Positions 10,584 through 19,961 of a DNA stretch of 64,000 nt are shown here, piece after piece (the stretch's first letter is position 1; every line of letters begins with the position of its first letter). Source of the stretch: Deltaproteobacteria bacterium (GTDB lineage Bacteria; Myxococcota_A; Polyangia; Polyangiales; Houyiibacteriaceae); NCBI GenBank assembly GCA_034670305.1, contig JAXMNT010000023.1, forward strand, positions 32,001-96,000, written 5' to 3'. Both the position numbers and the translations under genes were made by a program. The notes beneath the pieces are model-generated. The model made no database searches, had not been told where the DNA came from, and saw only the letters and a program-made list of their open reading frames with translations.

Positions 10584-13247
10584 TCACGGACAGATGTTGC
10601 AGCCGAACTCGCAGCAGACGCCCCCGCCGCAGGTGTCGCCCATTTCGACGCAGGTGCCGGCGCCATCGCAGCTCGTGATGTGGCACGGGTACTCGTCGAT
10701 GATGGAGCAGTTGCTCCCGAACGATCGGAACCCATCGGGCGGGCAGTTGGGGCCGCTGCCGTTGCAGCTCTCGGTGAGGTCGCACATGCCGACGGCAGCG
10801 CGGCACGTGCCGCTCGATCGGTAGCCATCCGGCGGACACGCCGCGGCGCTCCCCGAACACGTCTCGGCGACGTCGCAGACGCCCATGCGTGCCCGGCAGG
10901 TGTTGCCGCTCAGAAACCCATCGGTCGGGCATGCGGCGGAACTTCCCGTACAGTTCTCCGCCACATCGCACACGCCGGCGCTCGCGCGGCAGGTGGTTCC
11001 GCCCGACACGAAGCCGTTGCTCGGACAGGACGCGCTCGAGCCCGTGCACGTCTCGGCGACGTCGCAGCTGCCCGCGCTCGCTCGACACACGGTGGCGCCG
11101 GACAGGAACGAGTCTCCTGGGCAAGACGCGCTCGAGCCGGAGCAGGTCTCCGCGACATCGCAGCTGCCCGCGCTCGCGCGGCACGTGGTCCCGCCGGAGA
11201 CAAACCCGTTGCCGGGACACGCATCGCTGACGCCCGTGCAAGTCTCGGCGACGTCGCAGCTTCCGGCGCTCGCGCGACACACGGTGCCCATGGTCGCCAG
11301 ACTGTTGCTCGGACAGTTCGCGCTCGAACCGGTGCAGGTCTCCTGCACGTCGCACACGCCGGTGGAACTCCGGCAGACGTTCGAGGTCGGCAAGAACGTG
11401 TTCGATGGGCACGTCTTCGCGGCGCCGTTGCAGGTCTCCGCGACGTCGCATACGCCACCCGACGCGCGGCATTCGAATCCGTTCGGACGGACCGAGTCGC
11501 TCGGACACGCCGGGCTGCTGCCGTTGCAGGTCTCGGCGATGTCGCAGGGGCCGGAGGCCGCGCGGCACGTGCCGCCGCTCGCGAAGCCATCGGCGGGGCA
11601 ACTCGGGGAGCTGCCGGTGCAGTCTTCGGCCATGTCGCACGGACCGGCCGAAGCGCGGCACTCGAAACCCGCGTCGCGGAACCGCTCACGCACACACACC
11701 GGCGATCCGCCGCTGCAATCGATGATGCCGATCTCGCAGACGTTGCCGGTGTTGCACGAGTCGCCACACCCCAAATCGAGGCAGGCCCCCGCGCCGTCGC
11801 AGACCTGCCCACCGGAGCAGCTGGTGCCGGCCATGGTGAATGCATCGTCCGGACAAGTCGTCGCGGATCCGTCGCACACCTCCGCTTCGTCGCACTCCCC
11901 GCTCGCGGCGCGACAAGTGGTGGACCCACCGAGCCGGGCGTCCATCGGACAGGACGCGCCGCTCCCGGTGCACGTCTCCTCGGCGTCGCAGGGACCGGTC
12001 GCCGCACGGCAGACCGCGCTCGAGGGTTCGAACGCGTCGGGCGGACAGGCAGGGCTCGATCCATCGCAGGTCTCCACCGCGTCGCACACCCCGGACGCAC
12101 CGCGGCAGGTCGTGCCGGCCGTCACCCGCACATCGGCCGGACACGCCGCGCTCGCGCCGTCGCAGGCTTCGGCGACATCGCACGCGCCCGATGCGGCGCG
12201 GCATTCGGTTCCGTCGTCCTTGAACCCGGTCGCTTCGCATCGCGGGACGTCTCCTTCGCACACCACGGTGCCGGTCTCGCAGGCGCCGCCTGGTTCGCAT
12301 GCGGTGCCCGGTTCGCACCCGCCGCAGCTGCCCGCGTTGCAGAACCCCGACGCGCACTCGGTCCCGGTCGGCACGAACGCGTCGGTCGGACAGTTGGGGG
12401 CTTCTCCGTCGCAGACTTCTTCGACGTCGCACTCGCCCGTCGCGGGGCGGCAGACTTCGCCCGCCTCGAGCACGCCCACGGTCACGCAGACCGGGCTGCC
12501 CGAGCTGCACTCGGTGCGGCCTTGTTCGCACCCGTTGCCGGTGTCGCAGGGCGCGCCGTCTTCGCATCCTGCGTCCGCGCCGGCGTCTCCGGTGCCGGCG
12601 TCGCCCGCAGTCGGCAAGAGTTCGCACCCGCGGTCCGGGATGCAGACTTCCCCTTCGGGGCACGCGTCCATCGCGGGCGCGAGAAAACACCCGCCCTCCA
12701 AACACACCGGCGTCGAACAAGCGGCACCACTCGGACAGTCCGCGTTGGTGTCGCAGTTGGCTTCGCCGCACGCTTCGGGGGTGTCGGGGGTGCACTCTGG
12801 CTCCACGCACACGCCGTTGTGGCAGGCGGTGGCGGAAGCTGCGCCCGCGCCCGGACAGGTGATCGAGAGGCAGCTCCGGGTGAAGACGACCGTGGTGACG
12901 GTGTCGCCGCTGATGGTCACGTTGACGAGGCGCTGCCCCACTTGGCGGCCGTCCAGCCCGAACAGCCGCGCGCGCAACGAGCGGGCTCCGTCGCGCAGGT
13001 CGGTGAACTCAGCGACCCGCAGGCCGGTGAGCAGGTCGGCGTTCAAGAGCACCTGCGAGGTCTCGGTCAGGTCGGGACCGTCGTCGGAGATGAGCTCGAT
13101 GGAAACCTCCCCGACTTCGACCCCGGGCACGAGATCGGTGCGGAGGTCGACGATCAGACTCGGCCCGTCGTTGCCGCACCCGAGCGTGGCGCCACAAAGC
13201 ACCGCGAGGCAGAGGAACCAACGGACATCAAAGGAAGGGAACGACAT
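10584..13247 (-). CDS. Cys-rich lipoprotein with about 15 disintegrin-like repeats
   Basis: Lipobox TLGC and repeated ~32-aa unit CRASAGxCDVAETCxGSSxxCPxDxF. Confidence 0.85.
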   Translation of the reverse strand: MSFPSFDVRWFLCLAVLCGATLGCGNDGPSLIVDLRTDLVPGVEVGEVSIELISDDGPDLTETSQVLLNADLLTGLRVAEFTDLRDGARSLRARLFGLDGRQVGQRLVNVTISGDTVTTVVFTRSCLSITCPGAGAASATACHNGVCVEPECTPDTPEACGEANCDTNADCPSGAACSTPVCLEGGCFLAPAMDACPEGEVCIPDRGCELLPTAGDAGTGDAGADAGCEDGAPCDTGNGCEQGRTECSSGSPVCVTVGVLEAGEVCRPATGECDVEEVCDGEAPNCPTDAFVPTGTECASGFCNAGSCGGCEPGTACEPGGACETGTVVCEGDVPRCEATGFKDDGTECRAASGACDVAEACDGASAACPADVRVTAGTTCRGASGVCDAVETCDGSSPACPPDAFEPSSAVCRAATGPCDAEETCTGSGASCPMDARLGGSTTCRAASGECDEAEVCDGSATTCPDDAFTMAGTSCSGGQVCDGAGACLDLGCGDSCNTGNVCEIGIIDCSGGSPVCVRERFRDAGFECRASAGPCDMAEDCTGSSPSCPADGFASGGTCRAASGPCDIAETCNGSSPACPSDSVRPNGFECRASGGVCDVAETCNGAAKTCPSNTFLPTSNVCRSSTGVCDVQETCTGSSANCPSNSLATMGTVCRASAGSCDVAETCTGVSDACPGNGFVSGGTTCRASAGSCDVAETCSGSSASCPGDSFLSGATVCRASAGSCDVAETCTGSSASCPSNGFVSGGTTCRASAGVCDVAENCTGSSAACPTDGFLSGNTCRARMGVCDVAETCSGSAAACPPDGYRSSGTCRAAVGMCDLTESCNGSGPNCPPDGFRSFGSNCSIIDEYPCHITSCDGAGTCVEMGDTCGGGVCCEFGCNICP

Positions 13248-13349
13248 GCAGAACGCCTCGGCTGGTGGACGAGAGCTCGTCCACGAATGGCCTAGCGTAG
13301 CAGGCTGGGAATACCGGGCCCGGGGACGAATCGGCCGTTGACCGGTGCG

Positions 13350-14285
13350 TCAGCGTCGGGAGAGCGCTCGGAGGATCGCGGCGGTGACCTCGATGGGGCG
13401 CTCGAGGTGCAGAAAGTGTCCAGCGCCTTCGATGCGTTCGAGGTGAAATCCGGCTGCGGCGACGAGTGCGTCTCCAGGCGTTGCGAGGGCCACGGCGAAC
13501 GCCGGGTCCTTCGTGCCCCAGACCACCGACACCGGTGCTTCGATGCGCGTCACGCTCTCTAGGATCGCATCCGGGTCGCGGGCGAGCAGCGCCGTGTAGT
13601 ACGTCATCATCGCCTTCATCGCGCCGGGGCGCAGCGCGGCGGTCGCGTAGGGATCGAGTGTGCGCCAGGCGGGCTTTCGTTTCGCGAACCACCAGAGCAT
13701 CAGCCGCTGGGGCCAAGCGCGAAACCGCCGGTAGACAAACGCGGCGAACCGGCGCATCCGGAAGAAGTAGAAGTAGAAGCTGCGCAGCTTCTGCCGGAAC
13801 GTCTTCCAGGAGCGCGCGAACACCGCAGGGTGCGGCATGTTCATGACGAGCAGGTGCGCGAGGCGGGCCGGGTGGCGCATCGCGAACATCCATGCGGCGA
13901 CCCCGCCCCAGTCGTGCCCGATCACGATCGCGGTGTCGGCGCCGAGCGCATCCAAGAGCGCGGCCACGTCGTCGCCGATCCGTTCGGGGGTGTAGTCGTC
14001 GACGGCTTCGGGTTTGGAGGAGCGGTCGTACCCGCGCATGTCGGGCGCCACCACGCGGTAGCCCGCTTCCACGAGGGCTGGGATCTGATGACGCCAGCCG
14101 TACCAGTGTTCGGGGAACCCGTGCAGCAGCACCACGAGGGGGAGCGCGGGATCGCCCTGCGCGACGTAGAAGAGCGCCACGTCGTCGGTGATCTGCGCGA
14201 CGCCGTGTTCCAGTTCGGGCCACCCACCCTCGAGTGGATCCTCCGGAGTCACCGGCGTCGCGTCGTGTCGAAGCGGCTCGGTCAC
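13350..14285 (-). CDS. Alpha/beta hydrolase (epoxide hydrolase-like)
   Basis: LLHGFPEHWYGWRHQ, PDMRGY, GHDWGG and GHFLHLE. GTG start overlaps the upstream stop (GTGA). Confidence 0.88.
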   Translation of the reverse strand: MTEPLRHDATPVTPEDPLEGGWPELEHGVAQITDDVALFYVAQGDPALPLVVLLHGFPEHWYGWRHQIPALVEAGYRVVAPDMRGYDRSSKPEAVDDYTPERIGDDVAALLDALGADTAIVIGHDWGGVAAWMFAMRHPARLAHLLVMNMPHPAVFARSWKTFRQKLRSFYFYFFRMRRFAAFVYRRFRAWPQRLMLWWFAKRKPAWRTLDPYATAALRPGAMKAMMTYYTALLARDPDAILESVTRIEAPVSVVWGTKDPAFAVALATPGDALVAAAGFHLERIEGAGHFLHLERPIEVTAAILRALSRR

Positions 14286-14914
14286 GCTGTCGCTGCCTTC
14301 GACCCGCCGGTGAGGTGAAAGACCGCGCCGGGGTGCACGCGTTCGGTGTCGACCTCGAAGAACTGGAGCGTCGCGGTCTCGTCGTCGAGGACAGCGAAGC
14401 CCGGGCGGTCTTTGCGGTACAGCGTGCCGACGTTCAGGACCGTGAGCGCGGGATGGGAAGGTCGCGCCAGGGTTCGGACCATCCGCACGTGGGTGTGGCC
14501 GCAGACCATCAGCGCATGGTCGCCCACGTCTGCGATCAGGGCCGTCGCCTCGGCGCGCGGTTGCCCAGGAAGCAGGAGGCTCATGTCGTCTTCGCCGACG
14601 CCATGGCAGAGCAACAACGAACCGAGCCGCGTGTCGAACGGGACGCTGGTCGGCCACGCGCGGATCGTGTCCATGGAACGCGAGGAGAGACGCGCGGGGG
14701 TCTGACCACCCTCGAGCAACCAGCGCTCGTGGTTGCCGCGCACCACTGTCGCGCCGACATCGGTCAGCCTCGAGACACAGGTCTCGTCCGAGCCGAGCCC
14801 GTCCACCACGTCGCCCACGCACGCGACCCTGTCGACCTCGGTTCGAAACCAGGCCAGCGCGACCTCCAGGCGCAGGTCTTCGGCGTGCACGTCCCCGAGC
14901 AATCCCATCCGCAC
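14282..14914 (-). CDS. Metallophosphoesterase (calcineurin-like, YfcE/MJ0936 type)
   Basis: GDVH, GDVVD, RGNHE, CHG, GHTH and NVG motifs. Confidence 0.88.
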   Translation of the reverse strand: MRMGLLGDVHAEDLRLEVALAWFRTEVDRVACVGDVVDGLGSDETCVSRLTDVGATVVRGNHERWLLEGGQTPARLSSRSMDTIRAWPTSVPFDTRLGSLLLCHGVGEDDMSLLLPGQPRAEATALIADVGDHALMVCGHTHVRMVRTLARPSHPALTVLNVGTLYRKDRPGFAVLDDETATLQFFEVDTERVHPGAVFHLTGGSKAATA

Positions 14915-15006
14915 CCCGCGACGGTAGCAGGAGTGGCCGCCGCGTGGTCGGTGCTCGCGCTTCGGTTGGGGCGCCGGGGCCGCGCGCATTTGGTATGTTG
15001 TGCGCG

Positions 15007-16227
15007 ATGCGCTCTTCCGCTTTGGTGCTCGCCTGCCTCGTGGGGTTGTCCGCGCCTCGTTCCACCCACGCACAGACGGTGGCCGACATCGCTGCCCGTG
15101 GCGCGTGCAGCACGGCGGGGGTCGAAGCGATCAGCCTGCAGCTGGCCGAAGCACAGATGTGTTTGCGCCCCGGTGCGTTCGTGGCGTTTGCACCCCACGC
15201 CGGCATCTCGCTCTCGTCGTCGCGGGTGCACCCGTTCCTTCAAGCGACCGCACGCGATGCGCTCCACCGGGCCGCGGCCCGCATCGACCTCACGGTGAAC
15301 TCCGCGTTCCGCACCGTGGCCGACCAATACGTGCTCTACCACTCCGGCGGCTGCGGACTCGCCGCCACACCGGGCAACAGCAACCACCAGTCCGGCCGAG
15401 CGCTCGACATCGGCAACTACACGGCGGCTCGGAGCATCCTCGAGTCCGAAGGCTGCGCGTGGCTCGGCTCCTCGGACCCGGTGCACTTCGATTGCCCCGG
15501 TTCGGACCAACGACCGGACTCGGTGTTGTCGTTTCAGACTCTGTGGAACGTGAACAACCCCGGCGACACGATCGCGGAAGACGGCCGCTACGGACCCATG
15601 ACCGAGGCGCGCCTCGGCCGCACGCCGGCCGGCGGCTTTGCGATGGGCGCGTGCGGATGCGAACCCGGCTGCGACGGCAACACGGTGGTGGGCGCGGACT
15701 GTTCGAGGGCCGACTGCGCGGCGGGGGACGTGTGCAGCGAGACCGGCGGCGCGCACTGCGAGACGCCGACGTGTCCCGCGACCGGAACCACCACCACGTG
15801 CGCGTCGCCCACCGAAGTGCGGACCTGCACCGACGGGGCGGAGAGCGTGACCGCGTGCGCCGACGACCGCATGTGCTTCGGCGGCGAATGCCTCGCCGGC
15901 CCGTGCGACGGAGTGAGCGGCACCGTCTGCGCAGACGCGAACACGTTGGTGACGTGCGCCGCGGGTGCGGTCGACATGACCATGACCTGCCCGGCCGGCT
16001 GCGTGGGCGGCGCCGGCGTCGCGCGCTGCGCCACCGAGATCCCCGACGCGGGCCCTGCGCCCGATGCCGGCATGCCCACCGACGCCTTCGTGCCCGAAGA
16101 CGCATTCGTCGCGCCGCCATCGGTGGGCCGCGTCATCGGTGGCTGTGGCTGCCGCACCGAAGGCAGCCCGACCACCGCCTTGTGGTGGCTCCTCGCTGCC
16201 GTGTGCCTCCGCCGCCGCGTTCGCTAG
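15007..16227 (+). CDS. Secreted M15-type (D-Ala-D-Ala) metallopeptidase with peptidoglycan-binding segment, Cys-rich stalk and MYXO-CTERM anchor
   Basis: Signal peptide; NSAFRT; SNHQSGRALD (HxxxxxxD); DPVHFD; EDGRYGPMT (PG-binding-like); C-terminal GGCGC..LWWLLAAVCLRRRVR. Confidence 0.8.
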   Translation: MRSSALVLACLVGLSAPRSTHAQTVADIAARGACSTAGVEAISLQLAEAQMCLRPGAFVAFAPHAGISLSSSRVHPFLQATARDALHRAAARIDLTVNSAFRTVADQYVLYHSGGCGLAATPGNSNHQSGRALDIGNYTAARSILESEGCAWLGSSDPVHFDCPGSDQRPDSVLSFQTLWNVNNPGDTIAEDGRYGPMTEARLGRTPAGGFAMGACGCEPGCDGNTVVGADCSRADCAAGDVCSETGGAHCETPTCPATGTTTTCASPTEVRTCTDGAESVTACADDRMCFGGECLAGPCDGVSGTVCADANTLVTCAAGAVDMTMTCPAGCVGGAGVARCATEIPDAGPAPDAGMPTDAFVPEDAFVAPPSVGRVIGGCGCRTEGSPTTALWWLLAAVCLRRRVR

Positions 16228-16311
16228 GAAGCTGCCAGAGCCGCAAGAAAGAAAGTCGCGCCAGTCGACGCGGTACTGCGTTCAGTAGGTGAACGGATGG
16301 TAGGAGGCACT

Positions 16312-17337
16312 ATGCGATGGACGACGATGTGCGGTGCGCTCTTGTGGGCGTGTGGTTCGGGGGGTGCTGCGATCCCGGAGGCAACCGGGGAGACGACCTC
16401 GGGCGGTGACGCCGACCGAGTTGCACACGCGGTGCCGCCCGAGGCGCAGGAGCCCACCATCGAGTGCGCCAGCGGACCCGCGCGCACAGCAGAAACGCGG
16501 TGGGTGCGTGGACTGCGGGACCGGGGCAGTGGCATCAGCACCAGCGTGACCCATGGAGATACATGGTTGCCGGAAGTCGAGGGGATCGAAGCGGCCTTCG
16601 CGGCGGTCACCCCGGAAGACACGGTGGTTCGCCATCGCGGGGAGATCCGGTTCCTGGACCTGCGCGACGAAGAGAACTGGGCCTTGCTCGCGCAGATTCG
16701 CAGTGCCGTGACAGTGCTTGTGCCGACCCAGCTTCTCGACGACCCCGCGCGCGCGGCCTCCTTGCACGCACTCAGCGCGTGTCAGGACGTGCTGGTGCAG
16801 GCGGAGTGGAACGATGCATCCGACGTCGAGGGGTTGCGCACGCTGACCCACATCGTCGGGCTGCAAATCGCTTCGACGGCCGACACGCGCGGTCCCACCA
16901 TTCGCTCGGAGCAGATGCGGCGTCTCGCCGGGCTTCGGGATCTGCGGCTCCTGGCGTTCACCAACGTGGGCAACTACATCGAAGACTGGATCGCCCAGTT
17001 CGTCCACCTGCGCACGTTCTTTCGCGGCACTTGTTCGGTATGCGACTACCTGAATGACGAGGGGCTCGGGCACATCGCTGCGCTGCCACGGATCGAATCC
17101 GTGTCGGCGCGCGGTTTCGCCCTCACCGACGCGGGCGTGGCGCACTTCGCGAATGCGCCCAACCTGCGAACCTTGCACCTCTTTGGTGACGGACTCACCC
17201 GCGCCGCGGTCGAGGCGGTGGGCAACCCGCCCAACCTCGAGGTCCTGTATTTGTACTCGAGCTCCGAGGAAGAACAGGAGCCGCTTCGGGCGAACCTGCA
17301 AGCGTGGATCGACGCGCACCCGCCCGCCGACCCCTGA
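16312..17337 (+). CDS. Putative lipoprotein with C-terminal leucine-rich repeats
   Basis: GGAGG RBS, lipobox LWAC, and LRR-like units LNDEGLGHIAALPRIESV / LTDAGVAHFANAPNLRTLHL. Confidence 0.7.
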   Translation: MRWTTMCGALLWACGSGGAAIPEATGETTSGGDADRVAHAVPPEAQEPTIECASGPARTAETRWVRGLRDRGSGISTSVTHGDTWLPEVEGIEAAFAAVTPEDTVVRHRGEIRFLDLRDEENWALLAQIRSAVTVLVPTQLLDDPARAASLHALSACQDVLVQAEWNDASDVEGLRTLTHIVGLQIASTADTRGPTIRSEQMRRLAGLRDLRLLAFTNVGNYIEDWIAQFVHLRTFFRGTCSVCDYLNDEGLGHIAALPRIESVSARGFALTDAGVAHFANAPNLRTLHLFGDGLTRAAVEAVGNPPNLEVLYLYSSSEEEQEPLRANLQAWIDAHPPADP

Positions 17338-17492
17338 CGCTTGCCAAGGCCGCGAGTCTCGCGACGCGAGCCAGGCCCGCGGTGGCACGAAGATCGTGCG
17401 TGGCGAATCGTCACGGGTGGGGCGAAGGGTCCGGGTCTCGGTGCGTTTGTCCCTGTTTTTACGGCGGAATGGGGTTTGCACCAATTCTCCCC

Positions 17493-18089
17493 ATGACAGA
17501 TTCCAACCACACTCACTTCGTTTGCGCCGTCGGCAGCGAAGACGACCTGCCGGTCATGCGCGAAGCGTACCGGCTGGCGCGCCACTACGACGACGCGACC
17601 GTACACCTCGTCCACGTCATCTCGACTGCGGACGGATTCGATGCCCGCGGCGCCAACCTGGCGGAGCTGGACGAACGACTTCGAATGTCGCGTGCGCACC
17701 TCTGGCAACTGCATGAACGTGCCGCGGGTTCCGCTGGCACACCCTTCGGGGTGCACGTCGACGTGCGGATTGGAGAGCGCGAGGACGCGTTGATCCAAGC
17801 CGCTGACAGTTTGGCCGCGCAGGTCTTGTTGGTCGGTTGCCCGCCCGATGATCCCGCTGGCTACATGGCCTGGCATCCGACCTTGACCGCCCGTCTCTCG
17901 TTCGCGGCACCGTGTTCGGTGTTGGTCGTCCGCCCCAACGAGACGCGCGATGTGCCGAAGCCGGTCGTCCAGCCGCCGCCCGCACCGGGCGTGCACGAAC
18001 GCGAGATCGAAACCATTCACACCTACCGCGGCGGACGCGTGGGTGAACAGCGCGCAAGCGTAGGAGGCACGTTTGGCAAACCTGCATGA
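17493..18089 (+). CDS. Universal stress protein (UspA-like)
   Basis: VHLVHV, VRIGEREDALIQAADSLAAQVLLVG and APCSVLVVRP. Confidence 0.75.
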   Translation: MTDSNHTHFVCAVGSEDDLPVMREAYRLARHYDDATVHLVHVISTADGFDARGANLAELDERLRMSRAHLWQLHERAAGSAGTPFGVHVDVRIGEREDALIQAADSLAAQVLLVGCPPDDPAGYMAWHPTLTARLSFAAPCSVLVVRPNETRDVPKPVVQPPPAPGVHEREIETIHTYRGGRVGEQRASVGGTFGKPA

Positions 18090-18265
18090 ACTCGTGAGCT
18101 TCGGAAGGCTCGGTTGGCTCTTCTTCGAACAGGACCTCCGCCGACGGATCGTACGGCGGCGGAGGCACCGAACCGTCGATCCCGACGCGCGCGATCCGCC
18201 TACGCCGACTCTGCGACTTCCCAGACGGCACCGTGGACCCCACGGGGTCGCTTTCGTTTTGGTGC

Positions 18266-18508
18266 TCAGGCCAGTTGTTTGCGCACCGGGCGGCGGGCCA
18301 ACCGGAACGCGAGCCAGAGGGCCACTGCCCCGGCGAGAGAAAGGACCACCGCCACGAGGGTCGGACCCGCCGTGTCGACCCTGGAGAGGTCGACGTCGCT
18401 GACGTCGGAGAAGGCCCGGAAGGTCAGGATGCCAAAGCCGTAGACCAACCCGACACCGAGGGAGGCGAGGCCGAGGCCGGCGACGGAGACTACGCCGAGC
18501 CACTTCAT
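18266..18508 (-). CDS. Small membrane protein (2 TM)
   Basis: MKWLGVVSVAGLG... with two hydrophobic helices; ATGA overlap with the upstream ORF. Confidence 0.55.
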   Translation of the reverse strand: MKWLGVVSVAGLGLASLGVGLVYGFGILTFRAFSDVSDVDLSRVDTAGPTLVAVVLSLAGAVALWLAFRLARRPVRKQLA

Positions 18509-18882
18509 GACGGCGCTCGCGTCCTGGCGGCGAATGTGAACGCCACCAGGCTCACCCCGAGCTGAAGGCCCCGGAACGGCAAGAGCACCGCCGCGACCAG
18601 CAGCGCAGCCCACAGCGCATCTCGAATCCACAGGACCGCGACGCCGCAGAGCAAGACCATCCAGGCGAGCTGGGCGGCGCGGAACCACAGCACCCTGCGT
18701 TGGCTCGCGCGGATGTCGAGCACCAGCAGCACCGTGAGCACCAAGGGTGAGGCGAGGTAGGCCCAGGTCAGTGCGGAGACGTTGGGATGGGTGAAGAGCA
18801 GGGCGCTGAGCCCCACCTCCATGAGGACGACGAGGCCGAGAAGCGCTCGCGCGGTCTTGGCGTGGTTGGCGGGATGGGTCAT
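18505..18882 (-). CDS. Small membrane protein (about 4 TM)
   Basis: MTHPANHAKTARALLGLVVLMEV...; strongly hydrophobic. Confidence 0.6.
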   Translation of the reverse strand: MTHPANHAKTARALLGLVVLMEVGLSALLFTHPNVSALTWAYLASPLVLTVLLVLDIRASQRRVLWFRAAQLAWMVLLCGVAVLWIRDALWAALLVAAVLLPFRGLQLGVSLVAFTFAARTRAPS

Positions 18883-18986
18883 GCGCCCTTGGATGAGCCT
18901 GGCGGGCACCCGCTGGAAGGGGGCAAAAACGCCCCCCCCTCGCGAAGAGGGATGGCCCCCGTCGGCCCGCCGTGCATGATCGGCCC

Positions 18987-19952
18987 ATGGCGGCGCTGGA
19001 CACGCGGGTGCTGATGGAGGTGATGCTCGAGCGCTTCGGAGAGACCCTCGGGGCACTCGCCACCGCGGGCGGGCGTCGGGAGTCGCTCGCCCGGGCCGAG
19101 GGGCTGCTCTTCCTCCACACCACCGAGGCGCTCCGACGCCAGGGGCTCAGCGCCAAAGTCCTCACCGACCTCTTCGGCTTCGCCTCGCTGACGAGCCTTC
19201 GTCGAAAGCTGCGCAAGATCCGCGAAGCACGCTTGGACGACACCCGCTCGCTGCGACAGTTCATCCTCGGCCGCGTCGCCGAGCGGGGTGCCACCCGCGC
19301 CTCACTCCTCGCCGAGCTCGAGACGCGCGACTCGGCCATCGTGCGGGGACTCATCCGCGACCTGATGGCGGAGGGTGTGCTGCAGGAGTCGGGTGCCGAG
19401 GGGCTCGAGCTCGCGCGCGCCACGCCCGAAGCCGACCTCTCGGCGGCTGCGCTCGAGCAGCTCGTCCACGTCCTCGTCGGCGAACGCTCGAGGACCGAGG
19501 CGGAACTCGAACAGTGTCTGGGCGTGTCGCGCGAACGGGTGACCGCCGCGGCCGAGCGGCTGGTCTCGCTCGGCGTGGCGGAGCGGCACGGTGAGAGCCT
19601 GCGGTCCGGCACGAGCTGGGACCTCTTCCCAGCCTACGAGACCGACGCCGCCACGACCGGGCTCATGCATCACTTCCACGGCGTGTGTCGCGCGATCGTC
19701 GGCACCGTCCGCAAGTGGGACGAATTCGAGAGCCCGGCCGGGCTCGTGCCGCCGGCGGTGATCACTGCGACCTTCGAGGTCACCGCGGACGACCCGCTGC
19801 GAGCCGAGCTCCTCGGCGCCCACGAGCGGTTCTGCGCTGAGATCCGCGCGCTCTACGAACGCCACCAGGCCGAGGGCGCGACCGGTGCCTGCACCACCCG
19901 CATCACCCTCTACGCCGGCACCGCCGTTGACCCGATCCCGCCGACCGAGTGA
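18987..19952 (+). CDS. Hypothetical protein with probable HTH/winged-helix DNA-binding modules
   Basis: High-GC3 coding pattern; HTH-like segments QGLSAKVLTDLFGF, RTEAELEQCLGVSRERVTAAAERLVSLG and VRGLIRDLMAEGVL. Confidence 0.6.
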   Translation: MAALDTRVLMEVMLERFGETLGALATAGGRRESLARAEGLLFLHTTEALRRQGLSAKVLTDLFGFASLTSLRRKLRKIREARLDDTRSLRQFILGRVAERGATRASLLAELETRDSAIVRGLIRDLMAEGVLQESGAEGLELARATPEADLSAAALEQLVHVLVGERSRTEAELEQCLGVSRERVTAAAERLVSLGVAERHGESLRSGTSWDLFPAYETDAATTGLMHHFHGVCRAIVGTVRKWDEFESPAGLVPPAVITATFEVTADDPLRAELLGAHERFCAEIRALYERHQAEGATGACTTRITLYAGTAVDPIPPTE

Positions 19953-19961
19953 ACGCGAGCG

